Source: Rhodospirillaceae bacterium
GTDB taxonomy: Bacteria; Pseudomonadota; Alphaproteobacteria; GCA-2731375
NCBI GenBank assembly: GCA_018667855.1
Contig: JABIRL010000243.1
Location: forward strand, 3,464 to 67,463
Length of the DNA: 64,000 bases
Direction: 5' to 3'
Below the pieces are notes generated by a model that worked only from the letters and a program-made list of their open reading frames with translations, did not search any database and was not told the origin of the DNA. The translations under genes and the position numbers were made by a program. Numbering within the stretch: position 1 is the first letter of the stretch; every line of letters begins with the position of its first letter. This document shows, in pieces, positions 1 through 10,307 of the stretch.

Positions 1-640
1 GCAGATATGTGTGCATCGCGGGAAACGGATAGGCCTCGCTGGAATAGCCCGGCGCACCCGTCGCCTTGACCGCCACATTGGGATATTTCGCCAGCGCCAG
101 AAGCTCCGGTATGTGGGTCATGGCGGCGGCATCCTTAAGGGTGGTCAACCCGCCCCGGCCGCCCAGATGATCGATGGTCAGACGTAGCCCGGGATGGCGC
201 TCGGCAATCCGGCCCAGGACGGCCAGCGAATCCGTCGCCAGCGCGGCGATGGGAACGCCAGCATTTTCGGCCGCCGCAAACAGCCAATCAAGTTCACCAT
301 CGTGCAGCATTTGTCGGGCGGGATCACTCAGGAAGGTATAGCGCAGGCCCAGCATGCCGGGTTGGTCCTTCCAGTTCGCAATCAGGTCTCGGGAGTCCGG
401 CTGATCAAGAGGCAAGGACCCCATGATGGCAAAGCGGCCGGGATAGTTCCGTACCGCGGCGGAGGCCATTTCTTTGGAGCCGGGGTCCCAGCTGGGCGGA
501 TGGATGACCGCGCCATGGACGCCACCCTCGTCCATCAATTTTATGGCCTCTTCCGGCGTAAAGGAGGTCACCTGCCAGTGAGACATATTGCTGGGCAGGC
601 CGCTGCCCCAAAGGTGGACTTGCGCATCAATGATCTGCAT
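1..640 (-). CDS. Amidohydrolase-family protein (PF04909-like metal-dependent hydrolase), 5'-complete, 3'-truncated by window edge
   Basis: Minus-strand reading frame open from ATG at 640 to the window start (MQIIDAQVHLWGSG...HPPSWDP...TIDHLGG). The ORF is not in the supplied track because it lacks a stop inside the window. The HxH...D metal-ligand layout is typical of the amidohydrolase_2 fold. Confidence 0.55.
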   Translation of the reverse strand, partial: MQIIDAQVHLWGSGLPSNMSHWQVTSFTPEEAIKLMDEGGVHGAVIHPPSWDPGSKEMASAAVRNYPGRFAIMGSLPLDQPDSRDLIANWKDQPGMLGLRYTFLSDPARQMLHDGELDWLFAAAENAGVPIAALATDSLAVLGRIAERHPGLRLTIDHLGGRGGLTTLKDAAAMTHIPELLALAKYPNVAVKATGAPGYSSEAYPFPAMHTYL

Positions 641-668
641 CGCGGTCTGTTCCTGTCCGTAGCTCGGC

Positions 669-1511
669 TCAATAGCTTGGTTTGGTGGGAAACGGCGTCA
701 ACTGCAGCTCGTGCGTCCAGCATGATCTATCCTGGGTGTGCAGGTAATAAAACGCCTCGGCGATCTTGACGGGGTTCATGACGATGTCAGGATTCTCCTG
801 TGCCTTGGCCAGGGCCCGGGTTCCCGGTGAATCGATAAGGCCATCGATCACCACGTTGGCCACGTGCACGCCGTGCTCGGAATATTCCTCCGTAAGCACC
901 TGGGACAGGGTGCGCATCATGCCCCGGGGATAATAAAGGGACTCGCCGGTGTTCCGCTTTTTTCCGCGCAGGGAAAAGTTGTTATTGGAGATGAGAAACG
1001 AGCCCTCGCCCTTTTCCCGCATGGCCGGCAAAACTTCCTTGGCGACCAGAAACGGCCCCCGGCTGGAAATATGCTGCGCGGTCTCGAACATTTCCAATGG
1101 GATATATTCCAGCAGTTCTTGCCCGGGCGGCAGATCACGGCCTTCCAGATAGCCGGCGTTGTAGACCAGGACTTCCGGCACGCCGGCCTCCGCCCGGATC
1201 ATGGCGAAGGCGGTGGAGATCGAGTCGCTGGAGACCAGGTCCAGCTCCACGGTCATGCACTCGCCGCCCTGCTCCCGGATGGCGCCTTCAAGGGCGGCGG
1301 CATTGGCCGCTGTGCGGGTGGTGAGCACGACGAAATATCCCTCGGCCGCGAATTTTTGCGCGATGGCGCCGCCGATACCCCAGCGCACGCCGGGCGGGAA
1401 GCTGCTGTCGTCCAATGCCTGGCCGTGGGCCAACTTGGTCATGCGGCCGTCCGCTTGCCATTTGGTGGTGGCGCCGACAACGACGGCGACCGGTTTCCTA
1501 GCTGCGTTCAT
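669..1511 (-). CDS. Short-chain dehydrogenase/reductase (SDR) family oxidoreductase
   Basis: 280 aa with an N-terminal Rossmann VVGATT motif and SDR-like length and architecture. Co-directional with the upstream phosphonate genes. Confidence 0.75.
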   Translation of the reverse strand: MNAARKPVAVVVGATTKWQADGRMTKLAHGQALDDSSFPPGVRWGIGGAIAQKFAAEGYFVVLTTRTAANAAALEGAIREQGGECMTVELDLVSSDSISTAFAMIRAEAGVPEVLVYNAGYLEGRDLPPGQELLEYIPLEMFETAQHISSRGPFLVAKEVLPAMREKGEGSFLISNNNFSLRGKKRNTGESLYYPRGMMRTLSQVLTEEYSEHGVHVANVVIDGLIDSPGTRALAKAQENPDIVMNPVKIAEAFYYLHTQDRSCWTHELQLTPFPTKPSY

Positions 1512-1534
1512 TTTGTCATACCTAAGATTTGCAT

Positions 1535-2563
1535 TTACGAAGTGCCGAAACTGAGCAGGTTCTCCACGGGTTTGTAAAGTTCCTCCAGATAGGCGATGTC
1601 GGCCTCTTCCAGGGTGATCTCGGTCGCGGCGACCAGTTGATCCAGCTGGCTGATTTTCGAGACCCCCACGACAGGTGCCGTTATCTCATCCTTGCTCAAC
1701 AGCCAGGCGACGGCGATTTGCGCCGGGGTGTGGCCCAGCTTCTCGGCCACTTCAACAACGCGGTCCGCGATCTGGAAATCCATCTCGCCCAGATACAGCC
1801 CCTCCGTGCGCTTGCGGTCCGCCCCCTGGGAGCGCGCCGTGCTGCCGCCATCAAGACTGCCTTTGTAGGACCCGGTCAGAATGCCGCGGGCCAGGGGCGA
1901 CCAGGGTGTCAGGGCCACGCCAGTTGAGGCGCAATAGGGGTTCATCTCGCGCTCTTCTTCCCGGTAGATGAGATTGTAGTGGTTCTGCATGGAGATGAAG
2001 CGGGTCCAGCCATTGCGCTCCGCCGTCATCTGCAGTTGGACGAATTGCCAGGCAAACATCGAGGATCCGCCGATGTACAGCGCCTTGCCTGCCTTCACCA
2101 CGTCGTGCAGCGCCTCCATGGTTTCTTCGATCGGCGTCTTGGCAAGACCAAGACGGCCGTGGGGGTGGCGATGGATGATCAGCTGGTCCACGTAATCCAG
2201 ACCCAGACGCTGAAGGCAGGCATCCACGCCCTCCATCACATGTTTGCGCGACAGGCCGCCCTGGTTTGGGTTCTTGCCCATGGGCGCCGAGATCTTCGTC
2301 GACAGCACATATTGATCACGCGGCACCAGCTCCCGCAGCAGCTGGCCGACCACCCGCTCGCAGGCGCCCAGCCCATAGATATCAGCGCAATCGAAATAGA
2401 ACAGACCGTGGTCCAGCGCCGCCTTGAAGATCGGCCGCGCCTCGTCAATGGGCAGGGTCCAATCCCCCTGATGGCCGCGCCCCGGCTCGCCGAAATTCAT
2501 CGTGCCCAGACACAGTTTCGAAACACTGAGCCCGCTATTGCCGAGTTGCACCGTCTCCAACAT
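1535..2563 (-). CDS. Aldo/keto reductase (Tas/Kv-beta-like AKR)
   Basis: 342 aa with LGTMNFG, DxAxxYG and IGxSS motifs characteristic of the AKR superfamily. Confidence 0.85.
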   Translation of the reverse strand: MLETVQLGNSGLSVSKLCLGTMNFGEPGRGHQGDWTLPIDEARPIFKAALDHGLFYFDCADIYGLGACERVVGQLLRELVPRDQYVLSTKISAPMGKNPNQGGLSRKHVMEGVDACLQRLGLDYVDQLIIHRHPHGRLGLAKTPIEETMEALHDVVKAGKALYIGGSSMFAWQFVQLQMTAERNGWTRFISMQNHYNLIYREEEREMNPYCASTGVALTPWSPLARGILTGSYKGSLDGGSTARSQGADRKRTEGLYLGEMDFQIADRVVEVAEKLGHTPAQIAVAWLLSKDEITAPVVGVSKISQLDQLVAATEITLEEADIAYLEELYKPVENLLSFGTS

Positions 2564-2857
2564 GGATATTCCTCCTGACCAAACCGACAGCGACGTTAAG
2601 GCGCATGCCCGGTGGGCGCAACGCCAAAGTCCATGGCCGGGGTGGATTCAAGTTCATATGCCCGTCCGCCCAACCTGCACGGGACATGGGCTGCGGATCA
2701 CTTTGCGCCAGCTATATTGCCCGTCGCCTAGGGAACATCGAGCATGTAGCGGCCCTGCTCGTCCTTCCAGCATTTCGCCCCGCAGCTTAGCCTCGGGCGA
2801 GGTGAGCTTGGCGGCGCGGGTCTTGTCGCTGGAATTACTGCCCGGCGCAAGTTGAAC

Positions 2858-4012
2858 TTAGCCGGTAGTGCTATTCGGTTCGGCCAGGAACGCCTTGAAG
2901 CGATCAGCCACCTCTCTTGGCGACAGTGTCGGTCTGCCGAGGCTATCTAGGGAGCCGGGACGAATACGTACATGAATAAGGTGGGGCCCTGGTTTTTCCA
3001 GCGCCGCCACGAAGGCTTTTTCGAAGCCATCGGGATCGTTGGCGAGGGCGGCGCCGGCATAGCCGCAGGACAGAGCGGCACCGGCGAAATCGACGCTTGG
3101 CGATACGGTCGGCTGGCCCCCCGTCGAGTCATGAACGCCATTGTCGAGAATAATGTGGACCAGATTGTCCGGGCCCATCGCGCCGATCGTGGCGAAGGCG
3201 CCCAGCTTCATCAGGGCGGCGCCGTCACCGTCGAGCACGACCACGGGCCGGTCCGAATTCAATGCCACCCCCAGGCCCATCGGTCCCGCGCAGCCCATGG
3301 AGCCGACCTGATAGAGGTGCTGCGGCCGATCGGCGAGGGTGAACAATTCGCGCCCGCACTTGCCGGTGCTCGCCACTATCGCGGCATTATCGGGGACGGC
3401 GGCGAGCACGCGTTCTAAAATCGCGTAGCGGGTCGGCAGCTCCGCCGAGACGGAAAGGTCGGTACGTGTACCGCTCGGTCGCACGGGAGGCGTTGTTTCG
3501 CTCAAGCCGTCATCGTGAACGCTGCCCTTTTCCATGATGAAGGCGAAGGGCAGACGGGTTTCGTTCAGGCTCGCCGACATCGCCGCGATCGCCGGGCCGA
3601 TTTCGTCCGCCGTGGCCGGAAAGGCCATATGGGGGATACGCAGAGTGTCGAGCAGGGCCGGCGTGATCTGACCCATCAGCTCGTGCTGCGGCTCGTCCGC
3701 CAAGCCAGGCTGGCCGCGCCAGGTAACCACCAGCAAGGTTGGAATTTGAAATGGTGCGTTGAGGGAAGTGAGCGGGTTCACCGCGTTGCCGAGACCGGAA
3801 TTTTGGCACATCACCACGGTCTGCCGGCCGGCCAGCCAGGCGCCCGCCGCGATGCCGACCGCCTCGCCCTCGCTCGCCGCCCCGACATAGCGGTTGGCGG
3901 GATCATTGATTACCCGGTTGATCAACGGCGTCAGGTAGGAGCAGGGCACGCCAGTGTAAAAATCAAAACCCTCTTGCCGCGCGGGTCCAAGAAAATCGTC
4001 GGCATTGATCAT
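2858..4012 (-). CDS. ppd: Phosphonopyruvate decarboxylase (TPP-dependent)
   Basis: 384 aa with a split TPP-binding fold (GDG...N motifs) and the length typical of Ppd/AepY. It lies 42 bp downstream of a PEP mutase gene in the same orientation. Confidence 0.8.
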   Translation of the reverse strand: MINADDFLGPARQEGFDFYTGVPCSYLTPLINRVINDPANRYVGAASEGEAVGIAAGAWLAGRQTVVMCQNSGLGNAVNPLTSLNAPFQIPTLLVVTWRGQPGLADEPQHELMGQITPALLDTLRIPHMAFPATADEIGPAIAAMSASLNETRLPFAFIMEKGSVHDDGLSETTPPVRPSGTRTDLSVSAELPTRYAILERVLAAVPDNAAIVASTGKCGRELFTLADRPQHLYQVGSMGCAGPMGLGVALNSDRPVVVLDGDGAALMKLGAFATIGAMGPDNLVHIILDNGVHDSTGGQPTVSPSVDFAGAALSCGYAGAALANDPDGFEKAFVAALEKPGPHLIHVRIRPGSLDSLGRPTLSPREVADRFKAFLAEPNSTTG

Positions 4013-4054
4013 ATTTGAGTTCCGTTTAGGTGACTAAATTTTAGGTGACCAAAT

Positions 4055-5680
4055 TTAGGCATTGAAATTTCCCGCCACGACAACATCCTGTACCGTGTCA
4101 ATATCGAGCCAATGCCCGGTGGTGTAGATGACGCGGATCGTATTGCCATCCTCAACCAACATATTGATCAGATCGGGCATCTTGAATTGCTGCTGCTCCG
4201 GGTTTGACAATAATTCATTCAAGGCGGATTTCATGATCGGAAATCCCTTGGCCGAAACCTTCAAGAATCCCATCCATTCACCGTGAATTTTGGCCTCTGG
4301 AAAATCGTCGCCGAGGCGCTTCAAACTGACATGCGTGGAAAATGTATCTCTTGAGTTCGGATGACTGCAGATGGCCCAATCGGCCTCTCGCCCGGCATTG
4401 CGGCTATTGACCCAATCCGCATCCACGGTGACGACGAAATCTTCCCCGGGTTCTTCCAGCAACGACAAAATATACTTGTTGAAAAGCACATCGCCGTAGG
4501 AAACAACCATGTCCGTACCTAAGTCGCCGAGATGGTCAACCGCCTGCTTTAGCGAGACCAGTTCGCCGGTGCTTTCATGGCGATCATTGTCCACATAGTC
4601 CAGGCCCGGCACATCGACCGCGTGCTTCATGTAACCGCGCACGACGACGAGCTTTTTTATGCCGGCCAAATTGTAGGTTTCGGCGATGTGGGCTAGCAAG
4701 GGCTTGCCGCGAATATCGATCATGACCTTGGGTTTGTCCTCCGTGAGGGCGCCCAGCTCCTTGCCTCTCGAGGCCGCAAGGATCACCGCGCAGGGTGCCT
4801 TTTCCGCCGATGGAAGATATCGCTTTTCAGCTTCCTTGAGCTCTGCTGCCCCTTGCAGGCGGAAAACCTCGTCAACGCCTGCGACATTGTCCTCGATCGA
4901 CAGCAGGTTCCGTTCGGCGTGGATTTGTTTGGCCGTGCGTTGCATGGCCGTAATGGACGCGCGCAGCAAATGATTGGCCCAAATAGCCAAAGAGAAGCCG
5001 GCATCCTCGAATACCTCCGTGGCCGTGGCGTAATATTTGGTCGGCACGATGACCACGGGGCAGCGGTCAGCCCATTCCGTCTTGAAGGCCAGCACTTCGT
5101 CGGCTACCGCCAGGGCGCTGTGGATCAAAATCGCATCGGCGCCTGCCTCATGATAGGCTTCGGCCCGGCGGAGCGCTTCGCCAAGGCCCCAGCCGGCAAT
5201 GAATGCCTCGACGCGCGCGACAATGCTGAAATCGTCATCCAGCTGGGCATCCTTGCCGGCCTTGATCTTGCCGCAAAATTCGTGGATGTCGGCCAGCGGC
5301 TGTGTGTCGCCCGAAATAAAGCTATTGGTTTTCGGAAAAATCTTGTCTTCGATACAGACCGCCGCAATGCCACGCTGCTCCAGCTTGTGGATCAACCGGC
5401 GGAAGTTGTTAAAACTGCCATAGCCGGTATCACCGTCCAGCATGATCGGCACGCTGCTGGCATCCGACATGAATTCCAATGTTTCCAGGACCTGGGTCCA
5501 GGAAGTCTCGTTGTTGTCGCGCACGCCATACTGCGCGGAAATTGTCAGGCCGCTGCCCCAGATGCCCTTGAAGCCCGCTTCCTCGACAATTTTGGCGCTC
5601 AATCCATTGTGTGCCTCACAAATGAATTCAAGCTCTCCCGAGGTTAGTAGCCCGCGAAAAGCGGTGGTCTTTTTCATCAT
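4055..5680 (-). CDS. pepM: Phosphoenolpyruvate phosphomutase (N-terminal) fused to a LicC-like nucleotidyl(cytidylyl)transferase domain (C-terminal)
   Basis: The N-terminal ~290 aa have the ICL/PEPM fold with the PEP-mutase-specific EDK-x5-NS motif ([13 protein letters not shown]). The C-terminal ~240 aa have an NTP-transferase fold ([13 protein letters not shown]...). The gene is ATGA-coupled to phnW upstream. Confidence 0.85.
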   Translation of the reverse strand: MMKKTTAFRGLLTSGELEFICEAHNGLSAKIVEEAGFKGIWGSGLTISAQYGVRDNNETSWTQVLETLEFMSDASSVPIMLDGDTGYGSFNNFRRLIHKLEQRGIAAVCIEDKIFPKTNSFISGDTQPLADIHEFCGKIKAGKDAQLDDDFSIVARVEAFIAGWGLGEALRRAEAYHEAGADAILIHSALAVADEVLAFKTEWADRCPVVIVPTKYYATATEVFEDAGFSLAIWANHLLRASITAMQRTAKQIHAERNLLSIEDNVAGVDEVFRLQGAAELKEAEKRYLPSAEKAPCAVILAASRGKELGALTEDKPKVMIDIRGKPLLAHIAETYNLAGIKKLVVVRGYMKHAVDVPGLDYVDNDRHESTGELVSLKQAVDHLGDLGTDMVVSYGDVLFNKYILSLLEEPGEDFVVTVDADWVNSRNAGREADWAICSHPNSRDTFSTHVSLKRLGDDFPEAKIHGEWMGFLKVSAKGFPIMKSALNELLSNPEQQQFKMPDLINMLVEDGNTIRVIYTTGHWLDIDTVQDVVVAGNFNA

Positions 5681-6852
5681 GTTCCCGTTCTGTTTAAGCT
5701 GCTTGTTTGATTGGTTGCCTTTGATGCCAGATCGTCGATGCCCATCGCTTCCAGCGTTGCCTTGACGGCAGCCAACGCTGCCCGCATTTCCAGCGCGCCC
5801 AGGGCGCCGATACAGCCGATCCGGAAGCTGTCCGCGAGGGCGAGCTTGCCCGGATAGATGACGAAACCGCGGGCGCTTAAATCGTCGTAGAAACGGGTAA
5901 ACTCGAAGCGGCTGTCGGCCGGCATCAGAAAGGTGACGATAATTGGCGCCTGGACGCTATCGGCCAGCAGGGTTTCAAAGCCGAGCTCGCGCATGCCCTG
6001 GACGAGAATATCGCGATTGCCGCCATAGCGGCGATGACGCGCGGCTACGCCGCCTTCCTCCCGGTGTTCGGCGAGGGCCTGGTCGAACGCCGCCAGTACA
6101 TGGGTCGGCGGCGTGAAGCGCCACTGTCCATTGGCTTCCAGACCGCGCCACTGCTCATAAAGATCCAGGGCCAACGAATGGGCATTGCCCTCGGCCAACT
6201 CCAGCCATTGCCTGGCGATCAGCGCGAAGGCGATGCCCGGAACACCTTCGAAGCATTTGTTGGAGGAGGCAATCAGGGCATCGAAGGGCACGCTGTCGCC
6301 ATCGATCGGAATGGCGCCGAAGGCGCTCATCCCGTCAATGATCAGGCGACGCTTATGGGCCTTCGTGACACGGCCAATCGCCACCATGTCGTTCAATATG
6401 CCGGTGGTGGTTTCGCAATGCACGACCACGACATGCTCGATCGCCGCGTCCTCACGCAAGGCCGCGTCCAGGGCCGTTGGATCGACCTGTTGATCCTCCG
6501 GCCAGCGCAACACCGAAACCTGGTGGCCGATCCGCTCCAGTATCGTCACGATGCGCTTGCCATAGGCGCCGTTTTCCAGAACCAGGGTCCGCTGTCCGGG
6601 CGCGATCAGCGTGCCCAGCGTGGCCTCCACGCCAAAAGTGCCACTGCCCTGCACCGGCACCGCGACATGGCTGTCCGCTACCCTTGCGATGTTCAACAAT
6701 CGATCTTGGATGCGCCTGGTGATGGCGATGAAGTCCGTGTCCCTGGAACCCCAATCGCGCAGCATCGCCTGCTTGGTCGCAAGCGATGTCGTCAACGGGC
6801 CCGGGGTCAGGAGATAATTGTCATTTCCACTATCGTTCATGATCAACCGCAT
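5677..6852 (-). CDS. phnW: 2-aminoethylphosphonate:pyruvate aminotransferase
   Basis: 391 aa class V aminotransferase with the PhnW-typical N-terminus ([11 protein letters not shown]). Its 4-bp overlap with the pepM start indicates translational coupling. Confidence 0.85.
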   Translation of the reverse strand: MRLIMNDSGNDNYLLTPGPLTTSLATKQAMLRDWGSRDTDFIAITRRIQDRLLNIARVADSHVAVPVQGSGTFGVEATLGTLIAPGQRTLVLENGAYGKRIVTILERIGHQVSVLRWPEDQQVDPTALDAALREDAAIEHVVVVHCETTTGILNDMVAIGRVTKAHKRRLIIDGMSAFGAIPIDGDSVPFDALIASSNKCFEGVPGIAFALIARQWLELAEGNAHSLALDLYEQWRGLEANGQWRFTPPTHVLAAFDQALAEHREEGGVAARHRRYGGNRDILVQGMRELGFETLLADSVQAPIIVTFLMPADSRFEFTRFYDDLSARGFVIYPGKLALADSFRIGCIGALGALEMRAALAAVKATLEAMGIDDLASKATNQTSSLNRTGT

Positions 6853-7419
6853 GGCGATTGTCAGATCGAGTGTCCATATTCAATACCTCCCCAAAAGGTT
6901 TGTTGTTTTGCCGGGGCGAAATCACGGCTTGAGCACATGAACCGAGCCGACATTTAAATGTCATCAAGGTCTCGCCGTGACTATTGATCACGGCAACGAC
7001 AGAAACATCGAAGTATCCAAGGCAATGGCCACAGAAGACGTAAAGACCATTGTCGTTGACGACGAGTTTGGCGGCGTATTCGGCGATGGTTTGGGCTAAC
7101 TCTTCAACCGCCGAATGAAGGCAGTACGACCCATGGCTCATCCTGCCAACTCTAAGCTGGCAATGGTCATAATGACGACATCGCCAGAAACGCTCGACAA
7201 TCTCAAATTGAATATTTCCCAGCCTATCGGAATACTACCGGCCACGAAATTTCAGGTAACATTTACGTCGAGGGCGATCCTATCCGATTTCCAATAACAT
7301 AGAAACCTTTATCCCGATACTGGCGGTCCAACAGCCGGATACTGGCAACTTTACTGTGTTCGAAAGACCGCCAATTGATGGATTCTATTGAATTTCTATT
7401 CCGCGACAATTTCTTTTCT

Positions 7420-8988
7420 TCACCGCCTTGGCGGACGTTGTTCGACCACGCCGTCTGGCCCGAGCCGTGTGTTGGCCAGGGTCCGTTCATCGTGGTTCAT
7501 GCGCCAGCTGAGCATTTTTTGCGCATAATCAAGGACCAGTCGGTGATAGGCGGGATCGTCGGCGAGATTGTGAAACTCGTGCGGATCGTTTTCCAGATCG
7601 AAAAATAGCGGCGGCAGACCGGTAAAATGGACGTATTTGTAGCGTTTGTCCCAGAGCAGATTGGCGCTGCACTGATCTGGTGTCAGGCCCAGCGTCCGCC
7701 CGCCGTCAAGCCCCGGAAAATGCCGAAAATCGAACGCCGCATGCGCTTCCTCGCGCCAATCTCGGACGTCGGCGCCGTGGCAGAAAGGCAGCAACGAGGC
7801 GCCGTCACAGGCGGCGGGAACCTCAAGACCCAGCCACTCCAGGATCGTCGGCATGAGATCGACATTCTCGCTGAAGGCCTCGATCGCCGTGCCGCGCGCC
7901 TGGTCGGAGGCGGCGCGCGGGTCACGGATGATCAAAGGGATATGGTAGGTCTGTTGGTAGTAGCTGAATTTCGACATCATCCAATGATCGCCCAACTGCT
8001 CGCCATGATCGGAGGTAAAGACGATTAGGGTCCGCTCCCAAGCGCCCGTCTCTTTCAGATGTGCGATCAGGCGTCCGATTTGGTCATCGATCTCCGTTAT
8101 CATGGCGTAGTAGGTCGCCCTGATTTGCCGTATTTCGGCTTCGCCGATGTCAAGGTAATCCTTCAGCAAAGCGCCATGGGTATAGGCTGCATCCAGCTGG
8201 TTCGAGAGATAAAATCGGGTCCATGGATGCTGCTTGGCTTCTTCCTCGGCGCTGGCACGGCGAACGGGCAGCGGCACGTCCGCCGGATCATAGAGGGCAT
8301 GATAGGGTTCGGGCGCGATATACGGGGGATGCGGCGCGTGATAGGAGATGTGGGCGAACCAGGGTGTCGAGGGGCGGTCCGAGATGTAGGCCAACACCTC
8401 ATCGGTTAGAAAGGCCGCGCCGCTGTCTTCCGCCCGGTACCACGTCGGCGCGTAGGTGCGGCCCCGGCTTGGATCGATACCTTCCCGGTTAGGGCGAAAA
8501 AGCGCGCGTGGATCGTCATCGACCTGATACCCCCGCTGTCGCAACGCATTTTTCCATGCCTGGTAGCTGGCATCCATACGGACCACCGGCGTCAACCCCG
8601 GCAACAGTCCGGCCCGCGTCCTGAGCTCGGGGTCTTCCGGGTCCCGGCCGCGCGGGTCGGCGGCGATATCGGTATATCCGAACAGGGCGGGATCATGGCC
8701 CCCCTTGCGGGCCTCGAGCGCGACATTGGCATGGCGGTCGTCCAGCGGCGTGCCGTTCGTCACCGTGCGGTGATTATGCTGATAGAGGCCCGTGTAGAGG
8801 CTGGCGCGTGCCGGCCCACAGGGCGTGGACTGGGAATAGTGGTGGCGAAACAGGGTGCCCATCGCCGCCAGCGCGTCCAGATGCGGCGTCTTCACGATCG
8901 CATGGCCCTGGGCGGAGAGGCATTCGCCCCGCCACTGATCCGCTGTGATAAAAAGTACGTTTTCCACCGTCTTGCCCGTCGTTGTCAT
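7420..8988 (-). CDS. Sulfatase-family (alkaline-phosphatase superfamily) hydrolase, Cys-type formylglycine motif, no signal peptide; arylsulfatase / phosphonate-monoester-hydrolase-like
   Basis: 522 aa. Residues 10-20 (LFITADQ) begin the sulfatase fold directly, with no signal peptide or TM. The C-x-P-x-R signature (TPCGPARASLYTG) and downstream SDHG metal ligands are present. Confidence 0.8.
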   Translation of the reverse strand: MTTTGKTVENVLFITADQWRGECLSAQGHAIVKTPHLDALAAMGTLFRHHYSQSTPCGPARASLYTGLYQHNHRTVTNGTPLDDRHANVALEARKGGHDPALFGYTDIAADPRGRDPEDPELRTRAGLLPGLTPVVRMDASYQAWKNALRQRGYQVDDDPRALFRPNREGIDPSRGRTYAPTWYRAEDSGAAFLTDEVLAYISDRPSTPWFAHISYHAPHPPYIAPEPYHALYDPADVPLPVRRASAEEEAKQHPWTRFYLSNQLDAAYTHGALLKDYLDIGEAEIRQIRATYYAMITEIDDQIGRLIAHLKETGAWERTLIVFTSDHGEQLGDHWMMSKFSYYQQTYHIPLIIRDPRAASDQARGTAIEAFSENVDLMPTILEWLGLEVPAACDGASLLPFCHGADVRDWREEAHAAFDFRHFPGLDGGRTLGLTPDQCSANLLWDKRYKYVHFTGLPPLFFDLENDPHEFHNLADDPAYHRLVLDYAQKMLSWRMNHDERTLANTRLGPDGVVEQRPPRR

Positions 8989-9008
8989 ATCGGCACCGCG
9001 TTAAACCA

Positions 9009-10307
9009 CTACTGTAGGTCGGCTTGCTGTCTGGTTTCAGCCGCCGCCGGGTCGAGGTAGGTATATTCAACGTCTTTAAATTCACCATAAAGGACACGCA
9101 AATATGCCTCTGGATCATGGGGACAGTCGAAGGTGCCGCCGAGGAAGTCAATTGTCGATGTCGGCAGGACGATCTCTTGCGGCACACCATAGCCGCCGCT
9201 TTCTGTCACTGCCATGGCACCCTTGTGGCTTTGCCTTTCCAGCACCGTTTCACCGTGACTGATAGCCTTTCGGTAAAGTGCCACATCAACCCGGATTTCG
9301 CCGCGAAGACGATAGCGCTCCCAGCGAAAGAGCCATGATTTCGGCGCATCGAAGGAGATCGATATGAGATTTTTCCGTTCGAAAAGATCAATGAAGAAGC
9401 CATCCCGCCTACAGCGTTTGCTGAGCCCGGCGGACAACCTATCCCAACTCATCTCGGCGTCCAGCAGAACCGATATATCGATATCGTCCTTCCAGTCCAG
9501 AAGCGTGCCATTCTCCCGTACGGCACCAAGCAGGCTGCCGCCCTCCAACCAGTACACCGCCCCCATATCGCGCAGGCGGTCGGCGACGTAGTGGCAGATT
9601 TCCCGCATATGTTCGCGGCAGCAGGGCGCGGTGTTGAGGCCAAGACGGTTGACGTAAAGGTTGAAGGGACAGGGCGGCGTATTTTTGCTGCAGCCCCTCC
9701 AACTGACGTTGTCCCCGGACAGCACCAGTTCGCGGATGCCGTGGCGCCGACGGAAGGCCTCTAGATCACCGCCCGCCTGGGTCTCCAGGACCGCCAAATC
9801 GCTATCGTTGAAGGAATGGAGCCGCCGTCGCCGGCCGGCCAAGTGCTGGCGCAAGGACCACGACATTTCAATCATCATGGCGGCCGCCAGCATCGCCTGC
9901 AGCTTGAGGTTCGGCACCGCCAAGCCGGCTGCCAGCGCTGGTGCGAGCAACCACAAGCCTGCATGCTCGGCGTGTTTGGCCAGGAATTCCACCCCTCGAT
10001 TGGCCGGACGGAAGGCAATTCCCGGGGCCGCGACAATGGCAAATATGACAATGATGAAGGCAGCCGATACCGCCAGGCCGATTATGTCCAGACCGATTGT
10101 GTCCAGATCATGGCCCGACAGCGACACCCAGGCCAGGGTAAGGGCCACGAGAAACCCTGTCGTTGCCACGGCAGAGGGGCCAAGCGCGACCCAGTTCCGC
10201 GGAAAGCGCAGGAGGCGAACGAAGGATAGATATGCCGCCACGTAAAGGCCGGCGGCAATCAGCCCGGCGAAAAACTGGGTGACTGCTGAGGCTTCAAAAC
10301 CGGTCAT
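9009..10307 (-). CDS. licD: LicD-family phosphotransferase with N-terminal polytopic membrane domain
   Basis: The C-terminal domain carries the LicD/fukutin motif (VYWLEGGSLLGAVRENGTLLDWKDDIDISV). The N-terminal ~150 aa form 4-6 predicted hydrophobic helices. I prefer the start MTGFEAS at 10307, ATGA-coupled to the upstream NTase. The longer track ORF, which would begin at 10472, has a basic low-complexity 55-aa extension that overlaps the upstream gene. Confidence 0.7.
   Translation of the reverse strand: MTGFEASAVTQFFAGLIAAGLYVAAYLSFVRLLRFPRNWVALGPSAVATTGFLVALTLAWVSLSGHDLDTIGLDIIGLAVSAAFIIVIFAIVAAPGIAFRPANRGVEFLAKHAEHAGLWLLAPALAAGLAVPNLKLQAMLAAAMMIEMSWSLRQHLAGRRRRLHSFNDSDLAVLETQAGGDLEAFRRRHGIRELVLSGDNVSWRGCSKNTPPCPFNLYVNRLGLNTAPCCREHMREICHYVADRLRDMGAVYWLEGGSLLGAVRENGTLLDWKDDIDISVLLDAEMSWDRLSAGLSKRCRRDGFFIDLFERKNLISISFDAPKSWLFRWERYRLRGEIRVDVALYRKAISHGETVLERQSHKGAMAVTESGGYGVPQEIVLPTSTIDFLGGTFDCPHDPEAYLRVLYGEFKDVEYTYLDPAAAETRQQADLQ

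Noticed and set aside
194-769. 191-aa plus-strand ORF at window start
   Set aside because: It lies antisense to a better-supported amidohydrolase-fold gene on the minus strand that is open to the window edge. Its composition looks like a GC-rich antisense artefact (Arg/Gly/Ala-rich).
864-1577. 237-aa plus-strand ORF
   Set aside because: It is fully antisense to the SDR gene (669..1511), with a typical high-GC shadow ORF and no motifs.
6034-6957. 307-aa plus-strand ORF
   Set aside because: It is antisense to phnW, which has strong family signatures.
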